DNA of 63,455 nt, filler included, from Choristocarpus tenellus KU-1152 (lineage: Eukaryota > Protista > Phaeophyceae), in assembly GCA_964200185.2 (NCBI GenBank). It is 8 parts of 8 records of this genome, joined end to end, with 100 filler letters (N's around TTAATTAATTAA, not from the genome) between each part and the next. Parts side by side here need not be neighbours in the genome. Positions count along the whole stretch, not along the records: positions 22,906 to 27,184 come from CAXNAD020015319.1; positions 27,285 to 49,557 come from CAXNAD020000293.1; 6 more parts are not named here. One strand, given 5' to 3'. A program made the position numbers and the translations under genes. Numbering within the stretch: position 1 is the stretch's first letter; each line of letters opens with the position of its first letter. Below the pieces are notes generated by a model. That model searched no databases. It was not told where the DNA came from and saw only the letters and a program-made list of their open reading frames with translations. This document shows, piece after piece, positions 22,806 through 36,700 of the stretch.

Positions 22806-22905
22806 NNNNNNNNNNNNNNNNNNNNNNNNNNNNNNNNNNNNNNNNNNNNTTAATTAATTAANNNNNNNNNNNNNNNNNNNNNNNNNNNNNNNNNNNNNNN
22901 NNNNN
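22806..22905. other. Artificial contig linker
   Basis: N44-TTAATTAATTAA-N44. Confidence 0.98.
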
Positions 22906-23050
22906 TTTTTTTTTAAGATGGTTTTTTATGGTTCCTTTTATGGCCTGACTTTTTTTTTTCATCCCCCCCCCCCCCCCCCCCCCTGTCTTCACATTGTGCC
23001 CGTGTGTGTGCATGTGTGTTTTGCTACTCTCCATCCGCCTTCCTGTACAG

Positions 23051-25119
23051 ATTCCACGAGATTATGCTGGCACAATGGCTGACTCTTGGCCACGTCTAAG
23101 GTATTTGGTGTTGTCAAGTTCTTTTGCTCACTGAGAGTTTTTAGAGTTGGTTGGCTTGCAAGTATTGAAGTTAAGGTGACTTGGACTAAGACCGCTAGGG
23201 TCTGGTACTTGGCTTCCAGTGACTGTTGCTGCTCACACTAAGTGCGATTTGGGGTGTTGACTGGCATTGTGTGCCCTGGTGCACAGTAGTAGATCTTGGG
23301 CCTACCACAGTCCAATGTCAAGTCACTATTATGTTATGTGTATATCGTTGGGTTGTGTGTGTTGCAGAATTAAACATTTCCTGCATGTTTGTCTGAGATG
23401 AGTAAGATATGAAGGGAGGCACACTCTCTGTGGTAACCAAGACCTGTGAAACCTATTGGGACTTTTCTGTAAATAATGTGGAAGGATTTGTAAGAAACAG
23501 GGCCTATCATAGACAAGAGAGTAAATACTAAAGGATTTTTGTTGGAGATATTGGAGTAAGATCTGCTTATTGTTTCATTGCCCCTTGTACCCCCAGCAAT
23601 ACTACCACCATTAACTGCAATAACTGTAGGAAGTGTATGTACTTGACAAGTTGCTGCTGGACCCCAATCAACACCATCTTCCCAATTTGAAGGGGAAGGT
23701 CTTGGTTGGAGTGATGGCCATTGCAGTGTGTAACTTGAACTCATAGTCCCCTTGGTAGGTATAGCACAAAAACTGCAACATTACACCTTTTTTTTACTAT
23801 CTGCTTGTCTCTTTGGTTTTATTTAACTTTTGACTATCTAAAAAACTATGAAAAACTACAATGCTATTCAACAGTTGGTACCATACTATTTTTTCACCAT
23901 TAAACACAAAACCCTCACTTTTGAGGGGGGAAGCTTGAGTCCTTGAGCAGTATGTGCTGTTGCTACCCCTTGTGCTCCGTGTTGTATGGAGTACATAATT
24001 GATGCCCTGCATTTTTTCTCCCCCCCCCCACTACCACCACACAGGTTCCTTCAGAAGAGCAAGGAGCTGGTCAGGACTTGGGGTTGGCCGTACAGCTCCA
24101 AACTGTACTTGGCTATTCTGGATGAGTGTGTTGCAAGGGAAGACTACCAGATGGCTTACATCACAATGCAGGTATAGGGGAAAATATGAGAGAGGGGGTT
24201 CAGCAATCACAGGTGTTGACCGATAAGTGGGTGTTGTGAAGTGGAGTTACGAAGGTGAACACTTTCCTGGTGTAGTAAGAGAGGACAGGAGTTCAAGAAG
24301 AGGTAACCAAGTATATCCTGTGTGGTTTGTTTTGTAGGAACCTATCTTACCGTATGTTTTGGTATTTTTGTGAAGGTTTGTTCTCCCATCCTACTTGGGT
24401 TGAAGTTTCCGTGTATAGATGCATCTGTTGTTTTTTCCCAGCTTTCCATAATGTCTGTCTCAGGTGCATCCTTGGCGTTTCTGATCCCTTACCTCTTGCT
24501 ACTTCTTCATTCAAGAATGCCAGACAGGAAATACTACATCCCTTTGTGACACTCCTGGCTAACCTTACCCGCCCACCCTACCATCACCACTCAGTGTTTA
24601 TGATGTTTATACAGTGTTTTCCTAGCCTTAACGCTAACTGATACAATTGATTGCCTTTTCTCAGGAGCGAGAGAAGGGGGCAGTCTTTGTTCATAAGAGT
24701 GATAAGCGAAGGGTGGAAGCAGTAGAGGACAAGATCCGTACCAGAGTCCTACCTCGGTGAGAGGGGGGACTGCACTACCAGTATGCTACTGAGATGTTAG
24801 TATGTACTGTTCTATCTTCTATCTTGGTTCATGCTTTTTTCCCATTATGAGTGAGTAATATCCACCTACTTAATGCAATAGGGCGCCTACAAGATGTAGT
24901 TGTTAACTGGATATCAGAATCTTCCTAATACTTGAGAAAGATTTGAACCTAATGATTGGTGTTGAATCCATGAAGAGTCCATATCCCTTTAGGAAGGCCT
25001 GTCCCCCACACCCTTAGACCTTAGTTTCTTTTGTTGTGAGGAGGTTCTAGCTATATCTTTTAATCCTGACTTACTCACCTTGATTTTATTGCTGCCCTTC
25101 CAGGTTTATGCTGGGGTGA
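23051..25119 (+). CDS. 3' end of an unidentified gene with a PPR-like helical motif. Exons 23051-23100, 24045-24171, 24665-24756, and possibly 25104-25119
   Basis: Phase-consistent AG/GT exons give IPRDYAGTMADSWPRLRFLQKSKELVRTWGWPYSSKLYLAILDECVAREDYQMAYITMQEREKGAVFVHKSDKRRVEAVEDKIRTRVLPRFMLG*. LYLAILDECVAREDYQMA resembles the PPR pattern YxAlldAcaxxgdxxxA. Confidence 0.55.
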
Positions 25120-27184
25120 TGGGTGTTGAGTGATTTACCTCTTGGGTTTTTAGTGCTGTATCATCATCTGGGAGACAGCTAGTCAGTACCTTTTTTGGAG
25201 CAGTTGTCACTACTTGTCCTTTGTGTGGAGGTGCCCCTGCGGTATGGACAGGCATAGTCTGGCTCCTGCCCCTCCCACCCTGTTATTGATGAATCTATTG
25301 GAGGTGCTGGGAGAGAGGCGGGTAGAGACAACATATGATGGAAGGCAGTTTGGTTTGTGACGAGGTTGCCAATATAATTGAGTAATAGAGTAAGAAGGGA
25401 TCAGATTAATATACTTCCTGTACGTATGGTATTCTCAGTTTCCGTTATCACAGGAATGGATATGATATATTGCAGTGGTTGCATTTGCTTGTGAAGGGGT
25501 GTCTTTTTGTGGCTAATAGTGGCTCTTTGTGAGCATGCAGGATGTCTTTGTTTCCTTGTGGGGTGAAGGACTTTACCTGCTGCAATGGTAGCTTGAGGCA
25601 ATAGGTGAAAATAGCTAGTGTTGCATACTGAGTGTGGTGAAGTGATGGGCTCTGGCCTCGAGTTTATTGTTTGTGAGTGACATGTAGTAAATGTGTTTGG
25701 TGAAGACTTGAAAGCAGGCGGAGTACATAGTAAATAGTGTTGAGTATGGCACCAAGGAAAAGGAGTTTCTGGCATTGCTACAAAAGTGCATAGAGGTGAT
25801 CTTTGTGTTTGCAAGTGTGGTGACCATGTGTACCTCCCAGTCCTGCATGGAGGTGGCTTAGAGATCCCTTTTCAGGGAAGGAAGGATAATTTGACTGATT
25901 TTTTTTAACTGCGTGATCTGTTTTCTGTGGCTGTCCTCTTAGAGTTGAGAGGATCAAAGGGGATTGTGGAGAGTCTTTGTAGGCGATTCTTGCGGATAAT
26001 ACATACGTTCAGGTTGGACTGCACTTTGTATCTACCTTTGTATCTACCTTGTTCATGGTATATCTTCTTGCAATACTTGCTGTTATTTACTCCAAGCAGT
26101 TCCTCCTATGGTCTGTTGCGCAACAACTGTGTTGACTTGATCCATTGTTGATAATTTTCTTTAATCACATTTTTTTGTGGCGAAAAATGTGACTACATTA
26201 ATATGTGTGCACAGGTGGAGAACTACTAATTATGTCAAAAAGAAATATACATTAGCTAATGGTACTTAATCAAGCAAATCTCTAGGGCATCGTATATTGT
26301 CATTATCTTTTAATATTCTAGTTGTAACAATAGAATGAGAGGATGGTGGGCGTTCTTTGCTTGTCCGTGTTCTCTTGATGAACTTTGGCATAATCTGACC
26401 TGGATGTGGCGCCAGGAGAAGGCTCTCCATATTGTGTTCTCTCGAGTACATTGATAAGTGTGTGTCTATGTGTGCAGTACCATGATTGGATCCTTTGTTC
26501 TCATCCTACATAGTCGATGGTATGATGCGTGCTGACGAGATACTAGGGGGAGATGTTGCACAAGTACGTAGATAAGGCCTGTGTTGTGCGACGTACAAAA
26601 CAGTAAAAATGCCCTATCAATAAAATAGCTGATTTACACCTTCTACTTCCAGGGATGAACTTGCCATACACACTGAAGGCGTGTACTCTATCTAAATCCT
26701 GTGCCGCATTTGTACGGTTATGCTTTTATCTTAGCATGAAAATAATGTGATGCGGGGCAGGTCATTTCTGTACTCTGCTACGTCGTGCTGTGTGAGACAG
26801 CATGTGCTATCTTGCCTATAGGATGGATGCCTTGGCGTGTTTTCAAGAGTCAGAGTTTAGAACAGGACAAACGCAAATGATGCTGCGAATGTTACGATAT
26901 TTCATGCCAATACTGAGTGAGTGGTATAATTGCTGCATGCATTCGTGGTTCTGGCGAATCTGATGGCGTTTCGTGGGACTGCTATTATTACTAGGAACAT
27001 GTAGTGCGCTGCATTTTAAGGCACCTCGTGTTACCTTGCTTTGCTTGGCGTTCCTATCATAGTGGTATATGGGATGTTTCCAATTGTGGTTTGCACGATG
27101 GTGCGTAAAGCCAATAAAGTGGATTTTAAAAATTGAGGATGGAGCGTACTATTGAGGATGGTTTTGACCGAAAATGGTGCGGAA

Positions 27185-27284
27185 NNNNNNNNNNNNNNNN
27201 NNNNNNNNNNNNNNNNNNNNNNNNNNNNTTAATTAATTAANNNNNNNNNNNNNNNNNNNNNNNNNNNNNNNNNNNNNNNNNNNN
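27185..27284. other. Artificial contig linker
   Basis: N44-TTAATTAATTAA-N44. Confidence 0.98.
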
Positions 27285-27817
27285 TTTGACTTGTACATCC
27301 GGGAAAGGTGAGCATTGAGGGGCACCTGTAACATGGAGGTCCTACCGAGACTGTAACTTGGAGGTTCTACCGAGACTGTAACACAAGTAGCATTATAGTG
27401 ATACGATGATTCAGTTTAATGACCACGTCAGGTGGTACAATGACGCAGACACCACCACATAATCCAATTGATTTCTCAGTGCAAGTTTCCCCAGATACCC
27501 ACCAGCAGTTCTCGGTGAGGAGTCTTTCTACGCGAAGTTCTCCAACAACCACACTTCGGAAGAATTAACGCTTGCATAACACAACTTGAATGTTTTAGTT
27601 ACACAAGAAAGCACTGTCTGGACAACGGATGTGATAGAGGGAATGGCCACGAGCGCTATCCTGGACAATGGACATTACGGACCAAACTGGGCCAAGCGTT
27701 TCCGAAGAACAAATACCGTCATAGAGCAACTCTCCCTAAACCTTGTCCTGAATATTGGAGGTTATAGAGCAAATAGACATGATAATTCAGTGAGTAATGG
27801 ACGTTACGAGTTACTGA

Positions 27818-28095
27818 AGTGGAAAATATATTTCTCAACATATTTCTTCCACGTAACACTTTTCTACAGAATTATAAAAGATCGATCTAATGCGTGAAAG
27901 AACAATAATATAGAAGGTAGTGAGTTGCTTAAAAAAATTAACACGCAGATCCAAACAGTGGAACATATATTTTTGAAATATTTCTTCCACGTGACACTTT
28001 TCTACAGAATTATAAAAGATCGATCTAATGTGTGAAAGAACAATAATATAGAAGGTAGTGAGTTGCTTTAAAAAATTAACATGCAGATCCAAACA
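27818..28095. repeat. Tandem duplication, 2 x about 139 bp
   Basis: ttcttccacgt(a/g)acactttttctacagaattataaaagatcgatctaatg...cagatccaaaca occurs twice in tandem. Confidence 0.9.
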
Positions 28096-30767
28096 TTATT
28101 CTGAACATTGAACATCAGAGAGCAGATTGGCTAGAACGCTTCCTGGACAATGAACATTATCGAGGAAAAGATAATAAACGTTCCCCAGACCACGGACGTT
28201 ATACAAAGGTTCTGAGTTTTATTCCTAGACAACAGATGTAGTGCAAAGAATGGATGGACCTAGCAGTTATATCATATGGACAGCAAACATGTGAAAAAGA
28301 GGAGAGTGTCCCTAACATTGTAATAATACAGATGAGGTATGCTGAATATGACTGAACTTTCTTGCATAACACTATCGTTAGGCATTACAATTTTGAAGGT
28401 GTCCAGAAATACACCAGAGCTTCCTAAAAATAAAAAAATGTTCATTTTGGTCAACTATGGTACTCGTTTACTCCTGTGATCCTCTGAGAGCATTCCGAAT
28501 ATCAAGATGATTCAGCCCTCAAATTTTGTATAAACCTAAAAAACAATCACACCCTGAACATAGCACTTAATAACACAAATCGTTTTTTAAGAAACATTTC
28601 ACTACATGTTACAGACAATTTTTATGCTGTATATGCTTCCGACTGGAGTGTCACAGGCACTACATAGTGTCACGTATTACTCTTCGTCTCAAGTGCTATG
28701 GGCATCGCATGTTTCATATATATTGGACTGGAGTGTTTGTGGTTACTAGGTTACGTCGTGTGCATGCTTTGTAGTCTCCAATGGTATGGGCACAACATAG
28801 TGTTGAGTGTTACCTTGTGTCGACAAAAATTGAAGGAGAAATTGTATACATACGATGACTGAGGGCACGCGTTATGTACATGTTTGGTCACCACCTCACA
28901 ATTATGTCAACTGTACATAATATCTCAATATCACAAGTAGTTTACTTGCACCAATTGTGCACGTCTGTCCTACACATTCCACTGGCTTGTCCTACACTGA
29001 CTCTAACCGAGTATATACCACTGTTTATCTTTGGTCTCGTTTATGTGCTCACCATCTTGCCCTTGTGTGCTGAATAGAACAAGACTATTTGGGAACTTTT
29101 CTGGTGTGGTAGTTTTGTACACATCAGATACCCAAGCTGCAAGGCAGCCACATGCTGCAGAGAGTGGGTCGTAGTGAGCAGAGAAAGAGGTACAGGATCT
29201 CAGTCTCATCAGTTGCAAGATGCTCGGTGCCACCTACAATAAATCAAAAAGGTACGCATCTCACAGCTCCGAGTCATTAACACTGACTCTCTCCCTTCCA
29301 CACCAGCGTCACATCGATCATACTACACAAACTTGATTCTCATGCCTCTCACCTGTACAACGACGTACCCATGCAATGATTAGGCTGGGCATTCCAGGGT
29401 CTACTTGTTTCTACTGAGTACTTCTGTTACCTTAACACTAATAAATATCTCCTAATAATAGGAGAAACCCAGAACTACTTGAAAGTAGTCTCAAGGCAGG
29501 GTTTGCAATTACAGCAAATAGCAGTATGGGATATGAATATACACATTCCAGGTATATATATATATATGTTCATGTCCCTTTGGAAATTAGGCATCCATAA
29601 ATACAGCCACACGATGGGTAGTGACTAGTTTGGGCAGTGCACCATGATTATACCCCCTAAAATTGCAACCATGTCAACCCTCGCCTGGGGGATGCAAAAC
29701 CCAAGGTCAAAATGTAGAGCAGACGGAGGAGAAGCAACGAAATCAAATACTTCTAAAAACAAAAGAGAATAATTGAAACACGCACCTAGTACATAAAGCC
29801 AGGGGTGCAAAATGCTGTGCAGCACGAGGAATTTCAAACACACATCACTCAAATAAATAAGGGGGAAAGTGTTGTCTTAATTGCTTTTGGTCAAACATGT
29901 CCTAGTTGGATACCCTTCCACCATGTAAGGCTGCACAAAAGGGTTGCCCCGCTCTCCTTCTAATCTTTTCCATTCTGGTCCAACCATGAGTAAGCAGAGG
30001 TAAACGAGTAATGTGATAGTGCTTTATTTAGAGGTCTGCCGTTCTGCTTGCAAACACCTTCAATTATTTGTCAAGTTGATACTAGAAGGTCAAAGTACCC
30101 TAGTTGCAGTAGACTTTTCCAAATATAAAGCGGTAGACAGAGGGAGCTATTTGGTTTGTCTTACTTAGTTTCAAATACTCTTCACAAAGTAGATGCTACT
30201 GCTGCAGTCTGTTGCTGAAAACCTCCACTTACATGTTCCTTCTTTCAAAATATGTCCAGAGGTTGACAATAAGAGGGGAGTACCCAGTACATACAGTGTA
30301 TCGCAACACTCTAGTTATACACATACCAGATCCAGGGACGTCGTATTACGATAGTAGTAAGGCCTGGTAACCATAGGCATTAGAATACACTTACCCTAGC
30401 AAACACCTCAGGCGAGAGGGGTAGGGCAGATTACAGAAAAGAACATCTACAAGTGTGATTGTGTTTGTGAGGACAGAAGATGAGTATTGGAAGGCGCATG
30501 GAACATTAAAAAAATCCTCCAAATGAGTCCCAGACCTTTTCCACATTTGTATAGAGTAGCGGCAAAGTGTGACCACTAGTGTATGTGGAGGTATTTTCTA
30601 TTTGTTTACATTATGGGGTGGTTGCTAAAACTTATTTTTCTTCTCTCGAGACAACAAAACTCACACTTCCCCATAAATACACGATGACACACTATCCTCC
30701 TATTGGATGCACTACACATCATAGGGTGCTTGGAGGTGCTGCAGAGTAAGATGTGGCAGAAAAAATC

Positions 30768-33700
30768 TCAAACTTGAGAAGGTCTATCAGGTCTTGCATC
30801 TCCTGATGATTTCCTTGACTGCTGTCTACGCCTGTCTCCCTGTCTGCGAACACCTCCAGCCCCACCCTGTGCACCAGTCTCTGACTTTCCAGACAATCCT
30901 TTAGATTGTCCACGAGATGATTCATTGCCCCCATCACCTCCCTGAGGACTCCTGTGGTTATCCTCCGCTCCACCTTTCCTATTGGATCCCTGCCCATGAC
31001 CACTACTTTTCTTCACAGCTTCCCTTTTTTTCCCCCTCTGTTTCTTCTTAAAATTGTCCTTCCTTGCAGACTTTTGATTTGGCTTGGCCTCGTTTTTGGA
31101 CATCTCTAATACTAGTCGAAGCATCTCATCCTCTTTTACTTCTTCCAACTCCCTCGCCCTTCTGTCCTCGGCTGCATGAGCTTCTTGCCGTTGTTGCTGC
31201 ACAATACCCTCAAAAGATGTAGAACGTGGCTTACGTGAGACAAACCATGCGCTGATTCCATACTCTTCCCTTTGTGTCTTTTCTCGTTCCTCCTCCTCCA
31301 TTATCTTGCTCAAGCTCTTTGCTTTGGTTGAGGGCATTGACACTGCTAGATCTTGAGACATAGCCCTAGTTGGTGTGCCTCTTGCTACACCTTGGGTAAT
31401 CCCTCGTATCTCCCCTGTAGCAACATCCCAGCCACGGCTAACCTGGGACTCTTTCTCCTTTGCTGCAGACTTTTTTTGCTTAAGTGGTTGCCTACTCTTG
31501 GATGCAGAAAGGAACTCGAGGAGGGAGTACGCCTGTTGGTTTGTGGGTTGAGGGGTGATAGGCATGCCACTTCCTGGAGAGGTTTCATGAATGTGTCTGA
31601 CACACTGTGGGGGCATGGGAAGAGTAAGGGGCAAGCAAGTTTCCAGTGAACAGAAGTCGCAATAACATTTGCAACCACACAAAAGTTGTGTTTGGCATAT
31701 AATTTTGGGAGGTACGAACATCCTATGCTCCGTGCAACATAATGGTCATAAAAGAGCAGGGCAGAAACTTGCAAAGATTTTGGACTAGAAGATGAACAAT
31801 GCCCATGGTGATGACTTAGATAAAGAGATTCCAAATCTGGTCATAAAAATGGATTTTGAGAAAATGGGACATTTAATGGGGAAAATCGTCCCAAAATGGT
31901 AATGCTACTGATTAGAGCATATCCAAGTCATCCAATGATACATTAGTTGATGTCAGTAACATTTCCTACCTCCATAAATAAATATATAAATCCCTGATTG
32001 ACAATATCAATTGTGAACCACATGAACCACACTCACAAGCATGTACAAATTGGACCCCAGAGAATTCATGCTCAAGCTCCAGAGCACCAAATGGTCTGGC
32101 CAAAAATTGCTACAGAGGAACCCTTAACGGCTTAGAACTGTCATTTGGAGAGAAACCTTCGCACCTCATTTTCTTGAGAAAATTAGGAAAATTAGGAAAA
32201 TTAGGAAAAAAAAGACTACAGGAATAGTATTATCCTTCTACAATTAGTCTCAAACAGGAGATTGACAGTCTAGTTTCCTATATTAACAACAAAAAAAAGG
32301 CTTTCAGTGACCTCAATCATGACAGGTTTTTTTTTCTCTGCCATTAGAGTCTTTACACAACTTGCTTGACATTTTAGTTTGTGCTTAAAAAAAAAATCTC
32401 ATTCTTGTAACTGACTTTGTATCATCAAAAGTACTTAATGATAAGCAGTTTGGGAGTTAGCAATTTGGTGTAAGTGGAAATTGAAGTATCAAAGCAATGT
32501 ACAATGATTGTTGTGATTGGGTGGCAAGAGTACTACTATATTTAATCACCAACTGACATTCTGTATCTTACTGACAGCTAGAAAAAATATGAAGTGTAAA
32601 AATGTGCAAGGTCGTGTTGAGAACAATAGGTGTATGATATCCTTTGTGCCCTCCACTTACTATTGATATCTATTTAAAAGGAACCCCAACCTGAATCTTG
32701 ATGAGCTTGATCAAATTTTAACAGTGGTTGATTGCTCAGGTCAGAGTAGTTTCAGTAAAAACTTATTTTTATTTTGCTCATTTTTTCCGGTTGAGTTCAA
32801 TAATGCTTATGACAGCACCAATATTTCAATCTTCAATGCACAGAGGCTATATAATTGTGAGCACTGGGTTGCATGGACCATGATTAGCGTAGCTTTATCA
32901 CCCAGATTTACAAAAAGTTGTTCCTGACTGCATCACGACATAATCGCCAAGAAAAACTATCATAGGGCATAGGGTAACTAACATACTACAGCACTGTCCA
33001 CAAATTCGCACTGAAGAAGGCCAGTGAGCATACTAAACAAACATGGTAGTTAGTAAAATGTTTCCAAGCCAACAAAGGATAGTGCAGTAGTAAACAAAAT
33101 GGGCCTGTTAGCACAACAGCAAAGTGGGCAGGCAGCTCAAGAATCGCCTCACCATCTGCAATCCTCCAGCAAGAAGGGAAGCTCGCTGATCCCGCTCCAA
33201 ATCAGAGCGAAGCTTGCCTTCTTGCATATGAGTGCTGGGAATCTCTAGACCTCTTCCTTTACTCCTTGTAGCACTTGCTGACTTCACATTGTCTTCAGGG
33301 CAGGAGGCTCGCCGCTCACGGCATTGGGACCTCATGCCCTTGTGAGGGTCTTGGTAAGATTGTGGAAGAGCAAAGGTGCTGGTTGTGGCACTGCCAGGAG
33401 CAGAACTTTCTTGTGAATCTTGGTCAAAATTTGTCACCTGTGATCTGGCTTCATCATGCAGTTGCTTCTCTAGCTTGGCCATACACAACCTGTTTGCAAA
33501 CATTTCAGGCAACACATAAGGTAAATGCCTGGTAAGCTGCTAATAGTACTAATAGTAATATACTACCACACAGTGCCATGTATTATCCTTTGAATTAGAG
33601 GTCAGGGCATGCCAAAAAAATATTCGCCAACACACAAGTTGTAGGTGGAGCCCTATCACTGCTATTAATGATTCTGTACACACAATGAGTCAGGGCAAGG

Positions 33701-36700
33701 GAATCTTGCCCATGATAATGGTGAACCTGCTGCTGACTTTCCTCTCTCCACCATGACACTCACAGAGATTCCCACTGAAATGACTGAAATGGCTACTGTT
33801 GTTGAACAATTCGGCTTGCTCTACATAGCATGAGGATAGAAGGGGTTGGCAATAGTAGAATCCAACGACTCCAACATCCAACCAAACCAATCTCATCACA
33901 CCTGTGTCGCTTGCCACGAAGGTGTTGTGCGTAGACTGTTCCATTGGCACATTCTACTTGACATGCCTCACATCTTCTTGGTTTGGGTACCTGACAAGGG
34001 AGAAGCAACATCAACACATAGTGAACTCTGCACATGCAAAATGAACGTACAAATTGAGCTACTCATGAATGACAGTAAGATGTCATGTACCTCTAATGAT
34101 TGAATTTTATTGGCATGGGATTTTGGAGGGTGGTCTATGTCTCTCTGTGGATCCAGTACAACCCTAAACACCCATCTGGGATCTGGATCTGGAGGAATGC
34201 TTACCTCATCAATGTCCAAGGACAAGTCTAAGGTATGACTGAAGTTAAAACTTGAGCCAACATCAGAGCCTGCTTGTTTGCTGGTGATGACAGAAGTACC
34301 TTCTTGCAGGTGATCATTCATCGCCCCTTCCAGATCTCTATTGACTTCCGAGAAAAGGGTTAGTGGTTTTGCATCCTCCCCGTCTCCCCTCTTCAACCTA
34401 TGTGACTTAGCGAGTTGGGCTAGTTTTGCACGCTCCAGGACTGGCTCCAACATGTCCAGTTCTGCTTCCATACTAGGTCGCAGGCTAACCTTCTGCAGCT
34501 GGAGAATCAAGAGTGGCAATACCAGCAAAATCAGGGACATCTCAGTTGGATTATACACTCTCTCTTATGCTCTCATATCTTTGATAGGCATTGAAACTGT
34601 CCACCATAGCTGCAAGAAGATGGGTGTTTAGGGAGATAGCACACTTGAGATGAGTCACCTGATCTGCTGATAAGCTCCTCCCACTATTTTTCAGACTTTC
34701 CAGCTCTGCAATCCGAGCTATTTTCTTTTTCAAAGAGCGGATGGCACGTTCAGCAGCCTTTGTCGATGGGGTATTGCCTCTCCTTTCTGTACGAGCCATT
34801 GCAGCTGCCATAGCTTCCCTGTTGATTCCCTGGGCAACCACAAACAAAAATAATGCGTTGAGCAGTGAATCCACAATGAACCAGGAAAGGAATATTAGAC
34901 ACAAACTTTCACTCATTTGATGAAGCAAGTCAACAGGTATAGGGGGTACAGACCTCTCTCTTGTTTCCATACCTCTTCTTCGCGTAAATCTTCTGCAACG
35001 GGTCCCTCTGAGCCCTTAGACTCCTCTGCCAGCAGGGCATTTAAATTTCGAGCCTTGTGTGTGTCAAACATTGAGCGAACCTGAGTTTACAAGACAGAAC
35101 CACATTCTTGCAGTTTCAACACAACAGATACCACTTTCAAGCACAGTAGTATACAACAGAATCCAGATTATTCAGTTACTCATTTGGTGAGTCACTGCAT
35201 TCATGCAGAGACAGTCCTGCAACGACATTTTATTAATTTGGAAATAAAACATAACTATCAAATCTTGGTTTGTTTGGAATACCTGTTCCCCAGTAGCCTC
35301 AAGAAGGCATTTGCGATCTGTCTCACTTGCTAACACAAGAATCGCATCCAAGTTCTGACGAACAAACTCTGCACAGAAGGATGCTAGTGCAGGAGCATCA
35401 AGGACATCCGCATAAGCCAGGATACTTGGTGCATTGCGTAGGTCCACTTCCCGTGCCAGCACAACTTCACAGAGTTGTTTAAGGGTTAGTACCTCAGAGG
35501 AATGTGGACATGAGTCCAGGACACAAGTCTCTCCAACTATGGGATCTTCCACATTCAACAAGAGGCTCATGCTGTCATCATTGCTATCTCCATTGACATC
35601 AAGAAACAAACCGCTTTCCAGTGATGACAATTGGGAATCAAAACCATCAGCTCTATCATCCTCCTCAGGTTCATGTTCCATGTCTTCTTCGTCCTCTACT
35701 TGCTTGCTCTCAAACACATGTTTTGACGAAGCCAAGTGGGGTAGGGGGGGGCAAGACGCCACCAGCAGTACAACTGTGTGTTCTGGAGCAGCTGCAACCT
35801 GTGCAACCTGTTGTGGTCAAAAGAAAGATGGCAGAGTTGACTTATGCCATAACAGAGAAAACAGCTCACCAATGCAATACAAAACTCTGAAGCAACATTT
35901 CTAGTTTAGACACTGTTTAGGAATATAGAGACCAACCCATCTACATCATAGTATTGGTATTAGCTTGGCACTTCTTGCTGCAGTGAGGGCACCCCTTCTT
36001 TGCAGTTTCTCAATTAGGGCTCTACCTGCCCCCATCATGACAACCGCAGCATCTCTAATACCACATATAAAATAAAATAATAAAGATACCTTTTTCAGAC
36101 CAGAAACTCTCTTGGCCACGGGTTGCCAGCGCTCTCCACCATGTCCCAATGTATTACCACCCCCATCTGCAGATCCCCATGTAAAAAGATCACCCGTATC
36201 TGTTACCACACAAGTGTGACGGTCTGAAGCTGACACAAAAACGGCGTTTCCTCCAGAATTCTCAGGCAGCATGGCTGCTACCAGTTGTGGACCACGGGCA
36301 GTGCGAGCTTCAGGTGGGTCCAGACCTGTTGGCACACACCCAAGGACAACCAAATATCCCAACAGGGTGAGGTATGGAGATGAGTTAAATGAATAAACAA
36401 AAACTTGATCAAAAACATGGAATAGTATTATCTGCAGTTGTTTGAATAGTTAATGTACAAAGCAAGTAAAAACACACATACGCATATATTGATATTGATA
36501 GGACATGACAGCATCTTACTAATGACAAGATACAATGATACAACTACAAAGTTTGAGTGTAACCTGGCATTGATAAAAAAAAAACTCAAGTCAAGATAGA
36601 ATAGCCCAAAATGTCTCTCATCACAGCATCAAGGCTCTCTTCAGTGAGGAATCTCAATTTGTAATATTATGGTCATAGAGGTCACTTATTCTGAATAAAA

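Noticed and set aside
26266-26451. Possible decayed gag zinc knuckle (YCYN*NIK...) on the minus strand
   Set aside because: Too degenerate, with several stops and no adjacent pol motifs identified.
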